Of a stretch of DNA of 64,000 nucleotides, positions 1 to 12,628 are shown piece after piece. The translations under genes and the position numbers were made by a program. A model generated the notes under the pieces. It did not search any database, was not told where the DNA came from, and worked only from the letters and a program-made list of their open reading frames with translations. Location of the stretch: assembly GCF_009914755.1 (NCBI RefSeq), contig NC_060928.1. The stretch is one strand, 5' to 3'. Origin of the DNA: the human T2T-CHM13v2.0 reference genome, Homo sapiens. How positions within the stretch are numbered: position 1 is the stretch's first letter; each line of letters opens with the position of its first letter.

Positions 1-539
1 CAAGATGGAATGAAGGAAGCTGGAAGAAATTTTGTGGCAACCCAGAGTGAGCAACACTTAGTACAATGTGGATGTTAGCAATACTCATCACTTCCCTCTT
101 TCATATCTGCTTCCTACAAAACATCCAGATGAATACTATGAGAACCAGATAAAGACTATGAAGCTCAGTTAGTTTGAATTAGACTCTTTATCCTGCCATG
201 CTATGCACTGTTCCATGCCAATAGAATTGGAATGTCGATGCCAATACCTCCCAAGATATTGTCCTTTTATGAATGGACATATTTCTTGGCATTCCTGTGC
301 TGATGTGTATCAGTCTTGGAACATAATTTGTCAACTATGCTACCTCTGCTGCTATACCCTATCAAACAGAATGAATATGTTTTCAACAGTCTAATCCAAG
401 TAAATTACCTGTGACCTTGACAGACTCTTTGGACACTGTATGTTGGGCAACTACCTTCTCTTGTCAGGATTAGTCTCTTTAATAGGATCAAGTTCCCTAG
501 ACCCTTTTTTCATACTGTAAGCTTTCTCTGCCCTTCCAC

Positions 540-612
540 TTTTTTTTTTTTTTTTCCTGAGACAGTCTCACTCTGTTGTCCAGGTTCTAGTGCAGTGGTG
601 TTATAATAGCTC
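540..612 (-). mobile_element. Alu 3' fragment (tail plus ~55 bp)
   Basis: Poly-T followed by GAGACAGTCTCACTCTGTTGTCCAGGTTCTAGTGCAGTGG, the reverse complement of the Alu 3' end; similarity stops abruptly. Confidence 0.8.
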
Positions 613-1111
613 TACCTTGTTTTTAACTAGCCTTCATGAGTTTTTTTATGCCTTATAATAATGCACCTGCTTCATTTTCCCAATTTGAAATCAGATCTTC
701 TACCTTAATTTGTAATTCAAAATTTCATATTAGCAAAACTACCCTGGGATGCAGTTTGGGGAAAGATTGATTTTCATCTCAGTCTCTCTACTTGCTATCT
801 ATGTAATATTGAACATAGTCTCTAAAATCACAAATTTAACAATTACCTCTGATATATTGTGATAAATAACAGCAGGCCCAATTTCTTTGGTGTATATTAT
901 TAGAAAAATATGGAAAATTGTCTGTGCTCATGTTTTGTAAAGTCTAACAAATTTTAATGGGTGATAATCATTATTCCCTTCTACTACCAGAGAAATCCCA
1001 AATGGAATATTATTCCTAGAATAAAAACATTATATGATTCAACTAGATACACCTTCTCTGTCTTTTCCTTTGTCTCACTAAGTCACTGCTTCTCAAGTAC
1101 TACTTATTGCT

Positions 1112-1660
1112 TGTATTAGTCATGGTTCTCTAGAGGAATAGAACTAATAGGCTAGATGTGTATATGAAGGGGAGTTTATTAAGAAGTATTGACTCAAACA
1201 GTCACAAAGTGAAGTCCCACAATAGGCCATCTGCAAGCTGAGGAGCAAGGAAGCCACTTCGAGTCCCAAAACCTCAAAAGTAAGGAAACCGACAGCACAG
1301 CCTTCAGTCTGTGGCTGAAGGCCTGAGTGCCCCTGGCAAACCACTGGTGTAAGTCCAAGGGTCCAAAAGCTGAAGAACTTGGAGTCTGATGTTTGAGGGC
1401 AGGAAGCAGCCAGTACAGGAGAAAGATGAAGCCTGGAAGACTCAGCAAGTCAGCTTTTTCAACCTTCTTCTGCCTGCTCTATTCTAGCCCTGCTGACAGT
1501 GGATTAGATGGTGCCCACCCACAGTGAGGGTGGGTCTGCCTCTCCCATTCCAAGGACTCAAATGTTAATCTCCTTTGGGAACACCCTCACAGACACACCC
1601 AGGAATAATATTTTACACCTTTCAATCCAATCAAATTGACACTTAATATTAACCATACCA
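1112..1660 (-). mobile_element. MLT2A solo LTR (ERVL)
   Basis: TGTATTAGT...TTAACCATACCA termini, typical MLT2A body, perfect 5-bp TSD TTGCT (1107-1111 and 1661-1665). Confidence 0.9.
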
Positions 1661-1775
1661 TTGCTCATCACTAAAACTTGAACTCTTTTCTTAGAATAAA
1701 CTTCATTGAGAATGACTTATATTAGGGGTAGAGTTAGAACACTCATAGCTTTAAATCTTAATTATATGCTGTGTT

Positions 1776-3119
1776 TGCTATGGCAATACATAAAAAATGA
1801 CCCCAAAACCCTCTGACATTCTTCCCACTGAAATGTGAGTTCTATTAATTTCTCCCATTGCCACTGCTACTGCCTTGCATGCATAGACACATAATTTAAC
1901 CTGCTCAGCTTCTCCTACTCTGCTCAAGGTTGCCTACTTACAGAAAACCTCCTACCTGACTAGTCACTCCCCATCCCTTGAATATGAGATCCATGACTAC
2001 TTGACCAATAGAATACAATAGAAATGGTGACTTTCTGGGTCCCGGCTGTAAGAAAGTGGCAGCTTCCTCTTTTAGCCTTTTGAGATGCCCACTCTCAGAC
2101 CACAGCTGCTTTGTGGAAGCCATAAACACAGGTATTCTGGACCACAGTTATGTGAATGGGTGAACCACTCTGTGATTTCAGCCTCTAGCCACTGTATAGT
2201 CCTTAGCCTTACACCAGTCAAGCCAATAGTGCAAGGAGCAGAGATCAGCTGTTCTTTCCAAGGCCTTGCTAAAATTGCAAATACATAATGCCAATGAAAA
2301 GAGTCAAATGCTGTAAAATATTTGAAGAGATTAATTCTGAGTCAAATATGAGTGACCATGGACAGTGACACAGCCCTCAGGAGGTTCTGAGAGCATGTAC
2401 CCAAGGTGGTTGGGGATCAGTTTGGTTTCATACATTTTAGGGAAGCATGAGACATCAATCAAATACATTTAAGAAAAACATTGGTTTGGTCCGGAAAGGA
2501 CGACTCAAAGTTGGGGGTGGGGGTTCAGCTATAGGTAAATTTAAACGTTTTCTACTTGACAACTGAGTTTGTCTAAAGACCTGGGATCAATAAAAAGGAA
2601 AAGTTCAGGTTAAGATAAAAGACTGTGGAGTTCTTTTGAAGTCTTATAGTCGCTGCCCTTAGAGACAATAGATGGCACATATTTCCTATTCAGACCTTTA
2701 AAAGGTGCTATACTCTTAGTTAATTTCTTTAGAATTATGAGGGCCTAGAAGAAAAAGGTCTAGCTATGTTAATAGAAATTCTCTACTCCCCCACAAAGGA
2801 CATCTTTGCAGGACCATTTCAAGCTATGGCAAAGAAACATGTTTTGAGATAAAATATTTTTATTTTCTCCCTTGTCTCATAATGTTATGCCAGAGTCAGT
2901 TTGGAAAGTAAGTCACCATATATAGGGTTAAATAAAACCTATCTGAGGAGAATTTATGGATTGTAGGGCATGACTCCCCAGATCCCTTAGGTAGGAATTT
3001 GGGCAAGATAAAAAAAAAATCAGAGCTTAGTCCTCAATGATAAAAATAAATGATTATAGTTATTTTAAGCCACTACATGTGGAGGTTTTTTTTTAACATA
3101 GAAATACAAAATTAGAGCA
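1776..3119 (+). mobile_element. Old MLT1-type MaLR LTR split by a MER4-family LTR
   Basis: MLT1-like start and body; the MLT1 3' end AATAAATGATT...TTTTAAGCCACT resumes after 3036. Confidence 0.6.
2289..3036 (-). mobile_element. MER4-family (ERV1) solo LTR
   Basis: TGCCAATGAAAAGAGTCAAA...CAGAGCTTAGTCCTCA, TG..CA ends, imperfect 4-bp TSD ATAA/ATGA. Confidence 0.8.
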
Positions 3120-3879
3120 AAAGGTTATATTAAAAAGACCAACGATCTGCCAATTTGCTTAGGAGAGGAGGACTTTCCTGTTTTAGTAGTTGCCTGGAGG
3201 GCTCTCAGAGGCAGTGAAAGCATAGTTTAACAATTTTGTGTGTTTGTGTGTATAGATAGGGGAAATAACCAAATTGTGTTAAAAGGAACAGTGTTGGACT
3301 CAAAGCTGAGGAAGTGTATTTCAAACCAAAAACAACCTTAAGAAGAGAAAGAGAGCCAAGAGGTGATCAAGTCAAAGCAAGTCAGAAGACTTGAAATAAG
3401 GTTAAAATCAGTGAGTTGAAGTGTCACTTAAGCAAATAACAGAAACGACAATTTCTTGCCAAAGTTCCTATTTTACATGTTTCTCATGCCTTTTGTGTTG
3501 GCAGGACAGATGAGATTCACAAAAACAATCTTAACTGAGGTACCTTTAAGGTTCAAGGCATGCTATAATGTGCATAACCTAAGAATGCCCATTGTGCTAG
3601 CCCCTACCTGGTAACTTTGCAGGAAACAATTGCTCTTTACAGTCCAACCTACATTTTTTCAATAACACGGCAGGGATATTGACCTATAAAAGTGTGCCCC
3701 AGAGCAAAATAGATTTACAGTAAAAGGAGAAGATATTGCACTCAGCAAAGGGATAGTTACAGTTCCCAGAGTTATGGGCTGGACTGACATACAAGATCAG
3801 GCAACTCATCATGGTGATAAAAATTGACTTAACAAGAAATATTTTCAGTGGATTAGGACTCTGAAGCAGAGTCAAAATG

Positions 3880-4025
3880 TATTTAATGACTTGAGCTGCT
3901 TGTTAAAACTGCAGGTTTCTGAGACCCAGCCTCAGAATTCTAGATTTATGATGTGATGACAGAGATCTACATTTTTGACAATCATCCAGGATGATTTTGA
4001 CAGACAATGATGTTTGACAAACAAT
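3880..4025. mobile_element. Degenerate MER5-like hAT-Charlie MITE
   Basis: CTTGTTAAAACTGCAGGTTTCTGAGACCCAGCCTCAGA...ATCTACATTTTTGACAA resembles the MER5A core. Confidence 0.5.
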
Positions 4026-4859
4026 AATCTTGATATCGAATTTTTATCGGTTACAGGATTTTATTATTCAGGAGGTGACTGTGTGTTTATGTTCATTTTT
4101 ACTTAGTTCATATCAAAAATTAATGGGAACCCCTTCTCCTTTTCCCTTACTCTATGGCAGACACAGACACACACTTCTAAGATCCCTCTTCAGGAAAGAA
4201 TTTGTCGTCAGGCTGTGAGTGTTGTCCTTAGGTGACATTCCCCAGCTGTTACCTCATTCAGTTCTGCCTCAGATTTTAAGTTGAAGTCACACTTTTCTTA
4301 ACTGGGAAAGCTTAACTAAGCAAGAATTGTCCTTCCTGTACACTGAAGCCCAAGTGGGAGAGGAAGGATCTTCCTGGTGGGTGAGGGGGTGGGGAGTGAG
4401 AAGCGTGGCGTGAGCCCAGCGGAGTGAGAAGGGCATCTGATCAGTGAGGATGTGCATGCCAACTCAAGGACATACCCATCCACTCCTCCATGTGGGTGTG
4501 GATACTCTACCATACAGATGCGCTCATCACCCTGCTTGGATTCTGAAACCCTAAGCCGAGCCATTCACAAATAGGCATGCCCTCTTGGGCTGATTCTCCA
4601 TGGCAGTCCATCCCGTACAGATCCATCCCGTACAGATATTATCTTTCAGGTGTTTAGGTTTGGATATCAAGAGCCCCAGCAGAATGAGAACAGAGCCCTA
4701 GCCAGGGTCAACTGGTATGAGGATTCAGAGTTGAAGAGGGTAAGGTGGGTAGCCACACAGCATGCGGACTAGTCAGGGAGGAGGTTTTCTATAAAGAGGG
4801 AGCATTGAGATGAGTAGGAGATACTGAGTGTCTTAAATTATATGTCTATGCAGACAAGG

Positions 4860-5210
4860 CAGTAGCAGGGGCAATGGAAGAAGATAATCAAATATATTAG
4901 GAAAGGGGGAGGCTTTATCATCAGAGAAGGAACTTACAAATATGGAAAGAAAGAAAAGTAGAATAAACCCTGTGACATTGGATAGGAATCAGTGCATTGA
5001 AAATATTTCATAAACTCATGGATTTATTGATTTCAGTAATGGAAATAGATGATAAATATTGGTGTATTTGTAAATCTTTGTGTGGTGTGAGGCTTGTGTG
5101 TAGGCATCTCGAAAATCTATATAGGCATCTATCTATAACACACACACACAAACACACACACACACACACACACAGATACATGCACTCAAGTGCCTCAGCT
5201 TTGTCCACTG
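4860..5210 (+). mobile_element. Ancient L1M (L1MC-like) 3' fragment containing a (CA)n tract at ~5138-5173
   Basis: AAATATGGAAAG..AGAATAAACCCTGTG..TTGGATAGGAATCAG resembles L1MC 3' UTR; the CA repeat is directly visible. Confidence 0.5.
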
Positions 5211-5214
5211 AGAG

Positions 5215-5722
5215 GACCACAGCAATATTTCCAGTATTTCATGTTCTTCTAGAATGTTTGACTCTCCCTTCAAAAAGTGTACTTTGTTCTACCCACTTTA
5301 AAATTCTTCAGGCCTTTATGGTTGCTTCAACAAATAGCACAATTGACTTTGAATGCTAAGGCATAAAGGAAAGTGTAGTTTCCACTTGCTTTTCTGTTTT
5401 GTGGGATTCCTCACCCTTAGAACCCAGCTACCATGTACTGAGGAAGCCCATGTCCTTTCCCCATGGAAGGATCAATTGCAGGTGTCCTGGATGACAGCCC
5501 CAGCTAATGCCCAAGTCCACAGCCACCAGGAGCCACTCTACATGTATGTAAGTAAAACTTCAGATGATTTTGAGTCTGTTAAGCTGATGACTAGTAGAAT
5601 AGAGACAAGCTATATGTGTTAAGCTCTGTCCAGATTGCAGATTTGTGCGCAAAAATAAATGTGATTATTTTAAGCCACTGACTTTTGGGATGGTCTGTTA
5701 TGGAGCACTAAATAACTGAAAC
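5215..5722 (+). mobile_element. MLT1-type MaLR LTR
   Basis: 3' end AATAAATGTGATTATTTTAAGCCACTGACTTTTGGGATGGTCTGTTATGGAGCACTAAATAACTGAAACA is the MLT1 terminus. Confidence 0.7.
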
Positions 5723-7997
5723 AATTGTCAAGAATTCTTCTTTGGACACATATTTTTCGAGATGCCTATTAGACATCCAATAACAGGATACACAGTTGTG
5801 GGAATGGCTTCAAGTGAGGTTAGAAAGTAAAAAAAAAAAAAAAATTGAAGATGTATTAAAAATTTATTAATTTTAAAAGCAATGAAATTATTGGGATAGA
5901 ATTTTTAACACATTCCTATTAGCTAGAAAAGAGAGAATAGAACTGAAGGGTCAGAATGGCAGACATCAGGAGCCTGTTTAGAAGACTATTGAAGTAGTCT
6001 AGTTAAGATGACTTTGGCTTGTGGAAATACATAAAAATAAGTCCGAAAGGATTTGAGGGCTATTTGTGAAATGCAATAACAAGGATCATAATTGGGCATC
6101 ATAGCCATATTCCTTTTTGCAGTTTCTCCTGCACATCCATGATTTAATATTTTGAAATCTATTGATTTGTGGAAAAAAAATCACCTTTAGTAAATGATGG
6201 TAATAAACTTTAAAATGTCATTATTATCAATACTAAGATCACAGATACTAACTGGTACTAATTATCTTTGGCCTTAATAGAAAAACTAGCAGAATAAGTG
6301 TCTGCAACACTGGCTGATACGCTCTTTTTACTTCTTAATTACTCTGAGTGCCAATTTCTACATATGTAAGCTAGAAACAACATTATTTTCCTTACAGACA
6401 ATGATTAAATAAACTATGTAAGGAGCCTAGGGTGATGCTTGGAACAGAATTGGTTCTCATTACATGTTAACTGGATCTGAATTTTAGGAGCTCTGAGTAG
6501 ATGTCAGAATATATGATTGGAATGTACAAATATTGGCTCCATGTTTTTATCTGATGTTATTACCACTCCAGCTCTGCTAACCTTCCAATCAATAGCCTAT
6601 TAGGCCCTCAGTAGGACTGAAGAAGGTTGATTGACCAGATGTCACCAGGAAGCTTGAGCCCATCAAAAGATGGGATGCAGCTAGAGCTTAAGTTAACAGG
6701 AAAGAGACAAACTCTGTTTTCTTAATCATTTCCCTGGGCACAAAATGATTTTATTTCAAGACTGACACTTGGGCTGCTCATTTAGTGTTCTTCCTACACA
6801 CTCTCACCCATCAGAGAATCAATCAAAAGCTAATCCACCAACATACTGACTTGCTCAGGCCAAGACCCTCCTGAAAATTCTTGCCTGGTCACTTTGCAGA
6901 TACGTGAACATCTATAGATTAACTGCAGTATCCACAAGAAAAATATATAAACCTGCTCAACAGAGGACAAATATGACTGGATACCATCCACCTATCTTTT
7001 AAGATTCCACAATCAAATTTTAAAATCTGGGCAAGTGGTAGCTATTTCTCTCTTTCTTATTATGCTGAAAACTTTACCATAAATCACAACACCTGAAACA
7101 TAGTTTTGAACTTACCTGGAAGATGGATGGTGGTAAATTGGCCTTTTCCCTGAGGGCAAGTGAAAGGTTGAACAATTTTACCTCAAAGAATTAAAAAATG
7201 TGTCTAAGCCATAACTCTACCGTGAAGGTTGGCTAAACCTTCCAAAGTATCATTTGCTAGATTATTTCTGACTTGAGTTTTTAATTTTTTCAACCATTTA
7301 CTGATTTACTACTTTCTAGGTTAGAGACACAGGATATAAAATAAAAGCCAATGAATTTCCATTATATATAAGGAAATATTCAAGATGGGAATGAGAACAG
7401 GATATAGAGTGAAATACATTCACTAATTTCATGCAATTAGGTAAATGTTAAAAATAATTTATTTAGTAGCACTCTGAATAGGAAGATGTTTGTTTGTTTG
7501 TTGGTTTGTTTAAAGAAAGGAGTCAGTAAGTTTGTGTTAAGGTATTGAGAATGCTTTTCATTGGATGCAATATTCAACTTGATCAACTAGGATAGCTAGA
7601 ATATTTTCTTTTCAGAGAGAGCTGTCCATGGTGACTTCCTCATGTAAACAGTGTTTATGCCAAGTTCCAGAAGCAGGTTGCGTTGTTTAAAATCCCGGTT
7701 ATGCTGCTGCTAGCTATGAGAGTTTGGGCAAGCCCCCTTGTCTTGGGCCTCAGTTTTCCAGCAGTAATTAGCAGGGCCAAAACTTTTTTTAGGGACAGGG
7801 ATAATAAGAATTGCTCTTGTTCTCACTTCTTCACAGTCGCTATTAGATGGGATGTGTTTTTGTGAAAGGGCAGGGTATTCTTTCCCAGAAGCTCTGCAGT
7901 GATTCCTCTGTCCTTCAGACCTATATTTGAATCTTTTAAAGTACAACCACAAATAGGATATCATTTGTCTTTCTTAAAATCCTCCTGGGGACAGAAA

Positions 7998-8046
7998 ACA
8001 CACACACACACCACACACACACACACACACACGCATATACACACAC
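7998..8046. repeat. (CA)n microsatellite, interrupted
   Basis: Directly visible. Confidence 0.95.
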
Positions 8047-8619
8047 TTCACTTGTCAATACTGTTTACTATTTGGTGGAATAAATGTAAAGTTGATGTTT
8101 ACCCCAGCAGTTGCTGATGGCTTTTCATGGACAATGACATGTCCTTGGACTCTCTGACGTTTCATTTTGTGCTGCTGGGGCTGCCAGCTCTTTTCTGTAA
8201 CTGCCTGTCAAAATAACAAAATCTTGCCTACTTATTTAGAACAACCTGCTTAATAAGTGACAGTCTAATCCTGCCCCAGCCTTTTAATCGTACAAGCTGG
8301 CTTTCACAGCGAGATTGGGATATTTTGTCCCTAGAACATAAGGTTTACACTTAAAATATCCTCAAGAATACTGACCTAGAATGACAACTCAAAAGGTGGG
8401 GGTTCTTTGTGAAATCACGACATTGGTATTCTTAGAGCTTCACAGATATAAATAACGAACATGAAATCTTGAAGTGAAAGTAGAATCACAGTGAGAGTCG
8501 AACACACCCAAGAAATATTTGGCGTACAAAAATAAACTCCTTAATTCATTCAACTAAAAATATTGTTGAATGACAAAGATGTATACTGTTCTACCACGGA
8601 ATTTCCTCTTTGAGAGGCA

Positions 8620-9695
8620 GCTGGAACTAGACATCATGGTTAAGGACCAGGGTTTTGCAGTCACATAGATTTCAATACATTCTCTACCTCTCATTTAGCT
8701 GATTTATCTTGGGCTAGTTAGCCACCATGTCTGAGCCTCAGCTTTTCTTACATAAAATCGGAAAAATGCTCTCCTTAAATGCTACTTGAGAATGACAACT
8801 AAGAATTCTGCATATAGAATACTTAGCAAAATATTGACACATATGAGGTACACACATTGATTTTTTGCTTTTTTTTTCTGGTAGAGTTATCATCATCATC
8901 ATTGGCAACAACGGTATCATGCTGCCATTCTCCTCCTCTTCTCAGCTCACACTCAGGTCTAAACAGTGTTTTAGGATTTGGCTCTCAGACCTCATATCCC
9001 ACACTCTACCTCCATCATTATTTTCTAGCAACACTTGCTTTCTTTCTGGAGGCAACGTATTCCTGCCTGCAGGCATCTTCACTAGCTGATGCCAGAGCCC
9101 GAGATTCTCTCCCTCAGGTTTTTGCAGAAGTGTTTTTTTTTTTCATCATTCGGGTCTTGACTTACAAACCAGCTTCTCTGCAAGGTATCCTCTGACCATG
9201 CAATCTCTCTTAATCATGTCCCTGCATTTTATTGGAGCTGAGTCTTCATCCTAATGAATTTGTTTGTTGGTTATTTACACATCCCCGTGCAGCCTCCATG
9301 ATAGCATTGCTTTTTTCTCATATTTCACCCTGTATTGTCTACTTTTAAAACTAACTCAGGGTAGAAAAGTTTCAAAAAAGAAGCTCATTAAATGGGTGAT
9401 ATAATGAATCAATCATCAATTAATAAAAGATTTACTTCAGAATAAACTTCAAAAAGATAATACTTCACTACTACGGGCTATGAAGCTAGTGGTCTTTGAT
9501 TCAAATCTGGATACAAGCTAATGGAGAGATTTTGGACTAATGTCTTAATCACTAAACTTTGAGGTTTCCATTTGTAAAATTGAAAATTTTATAAATCATC
9601 ACATAATTTTATGAAGATTAGATGAAAACGTGCATGTAAAGCACTCAAAAAACGTCCTGGTACATAAAAAAAAGGTGTCCACTATTTATTACTGT
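8620..9695. mobile_element. Cluster of MIR (~8620-8860), L2 (~8930-9390) and MIR (~9485-9695) relics
   Basis: MIR core motifs (TCTGAGCCTCAGCTTTTCTT..TAAAATCGG; TTTCCATTTGTAAAATTG..ATTAGATGAAA) and pyrimidine-rich L2 3'-end text. Confidence 0.55.
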
Positions 9696-10611
9696 GAAAA
9701 TTGAATACTAGCTAAAAACACATTCGGCCCAATATCAGCAATTTTCTGTGGATTCCTGGCATCTGTTTGCATCTTTGTATATTTCATATATGTGCTTCCG
9801 GGAGACTTTGGTTTTGGAGCTCAGTTACTTAGCATTATGTGCTCCAAGCATTTTTTAAAATTGAGATATAATTCATTCTTCTAAAGTTATGATAGTCATC
9901 ATTTAAAACTAGACAATTCAGCATTTTTATTATACTCAAAACATGTTGCAGCTATCACCACTATATAATTCCAGAACATTTTTCTAATAGCAAGAAGACA
10001 TCCCACATCCATTAGCATTGCACCCCATTCTCCTCTTCCCACAGCCAATGTCAACCACTGATCTCTATCAATGGATTTTTCTCTTCTAAACATTTTACAT
10101 AAATGAAATCATAATATGTTGCTTTATGTGTTGCTTTTCTTCAACTTGTAGTAATGTTTTCAAGGTTTACCTATATGAATTACCATAAATCAATGCTTCG
10201 TTTCTTTTTATTGCCCAATAATATTCCATTTTGTAGATATAACCATATTTTGCTTTTCCTTTCTTCAGATAATAGACATTTGGATTGGTTTTACATTTTA
10301 ACTATTTTGAACAATGCTGCTATGAACAATAATATATGTTTATGTGTGGACGTATATGTTCACTCCTCTTGGGTATATATCCAAAAGTGAAATGGTGGCC
10401 TTATATTTAATGTATTGGAGAACTACAAAACCATTTTCCAAAGTGGCTGAATTATTTGGCATTCCAATCAACAGTTTGTGAGAATTCAAATTTCTTTGCA
10501 TCTTCACCAGGTTGTGTTTTGCCCACCTTTTTTTATTATAGCCATGTAGTGGGTATGAAATGGTACCTCATTGTGGTTTTGAATTTCTTAGTGACTAATG
10601 ATGGTAAGCAA

Positions 10612-12160
10612 ATTTTCTTTTTTTACCGTTTATTTTTGGTTCAGGAGTACAGGTGCAGGTTTGTAACATAGGTAAACTGCACATCATGGGGATTTCATGT
10701 ACAGATTATTTCATCACCCAGGTAAGAAGCATAGTACCCAATAGGCATTTTTCTGATTCTTTCCCTCTTCCCACCTTCCATCTTCAAGTAGGCCCCAGTT
10801 TCTGTTCCCCTATTAGTGTCCATGTGTTCTTGTTGATTAGCTCCCACTTATAAATGAGAACATGTAGTATTTGCTTTTCTGTTCTTGCATTAGTTTGCTT
10901 AGGATAAAGGTCTCCAGCTCCATCCATGTTGTTGCAAAGGACATGATCTCATTCTTTTTTAACCTGCATAGTATTCTATGGTGTATATGTACCACATCTT
11001 TTTTTACATATAGTCTACCACTGATGGGCATTTAGATTTACTCCATGTCTTTGTTCTTGTGAATAGCACTATAATGAGCATACATGTGCATGTGTCTTCC
11101 TGGTAGAACAATTTATATTCTTTTGGGTATATACCCAGTAATGAGATTGCTGGATCAAATGGTAGTTCTGTTTTTAGGTCTTTGAGGAATTGTCACACTG
11201 TTTTCCACAATGGTTGAACTAATTAGTTTCACCAACAGTGTGTAAGTGTTTCCTTTTCTCTACAAGCTTACCAACATCTGGTTTTATTGCTTTTTTAATA
11301 ATAGTCATTCTAACTGGTGTAAGATGGCATCTCATTGTGGTTTTGTGAACTTGGTTCAAAATGATTGGTGATGTCAAACTTATTTTCATAGGCTTATTGA
11401 TTGCATGTATGTCTTCTTTTGAACAGTGTATATTCATGTCCTTTGCCCACTTTATTATGGGTTGTTTGTTTTTTTTCTTGTAAACTTGTTTAGTTCTTTA
11501 TAGATGCGGGATATTAGACTTTGTTTTATGTATAGTTGGCAAATATTTCCTCCCATTCTGTAGGTTGTCTCTTCACTCTGTTATTTTCTTTTGTGGTACA
11601 GAAGTTTTCAAGTTTAATTACAGCCTATTTGTCAATTTTTGATTTCATCGTGATTGCTTTTGGCATCTTTGTCATTAAATCTTTGCCAGTTCCTATGTCC
11701 AGAATAATATTGCCCAGGTTTTCTTCAGGGTTTTCATAGTTTTGTGTTACACATTTAAGTCTTCAATCCATCTTGAGTTGATTTTTGTGTATGGAGTAAG
11801 GAAAATCCAGTTTCAATCTTCTGCATATGGCAAACCAGTTATTCCAACACCATTTATTGAATATCCTTTCTCCATTGCTTGTTTTTGTCAGCTTTGTCAA
11901 AGATCAGATGGTTGCAGGTGTGTGGCCTTATTTGTGGCCTCTCTATTCTATTCTCTTGGTTTATCTGCCTTTTTGTACCAGTACTATCTGGTTTGGTTAC
12001 TATGGCCCTGTAATGTTGTTTGAAGACAGGCAATGTGATGCCTCCAGCTTTGTTCTTTTTGCTTTGGATTACCCTGGTTCCTCGGACTCTTTTCGGTTCC
12101 ATATGAATTAAATTTTTTTTTCTAATTTTGTGAATTATGTCATTGGTAGTTTGATGGAAA
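10612..12160 (-). mobile_element. 5'-truncated L1PA15/16-like element nested in the L1M
   Basis: Antisense 3' UTR TTCATCACCCAGGTAAGAAGCATAGTACCCAATAGG; minus-strand ORF fragments NEIMSFATTWMELE and [11 protein letters not shown]. Confidence 0.8.
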
Positions 12161-12565
12161 TATGTACTTATTGGCTACTTTCATATCTTCTTGGGAGAAA
12201 TATCTATCCAAAACGTTTGCCCATTGTTTAATTAAATAATTAGACATTTTAAGATTGAATTATAAGAATGACTTTTTAATATTCTGGGTACAAATTCCTT
12301 ATCAGGTATATGATTTGCAATTATCTTTCCCACTTTGTTATATTTTCAAAACAAAAATTTTAAATTTTTGATGAAGTTCAATTTATGTATTTTTTCTTTG
12401 GTCCCTTGTGGTTTGGGTGCTTATGTAACAAACAATTGCATAAATATAAGTCAAATGATTTACTTCTATGTTTCCTTCTAAGAGTTTTATATTTTTTACC
12501 CTTACATTTAGATCTTCAATCCATTTGAATTATTTTATATGGTTTAATGTAGGGGTAGAAATTAC

Positions 12566-12628
12566 AGATAGATATATAGACAGACAAATAGATAGATAGG
12601 TAGATAGATAGATAGATAGATAGAGATA
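12566..12628. repeat. (GATA)n tetranucleotide repeat
   Basis: Directly visible. Confidence 0.9.

Noticed and set aside
8102-8180. C/D-box snoRNA
   Set aside because: The C box is imperfect (CTGATGG) and the CTGA is not adjacent to the terminal stem
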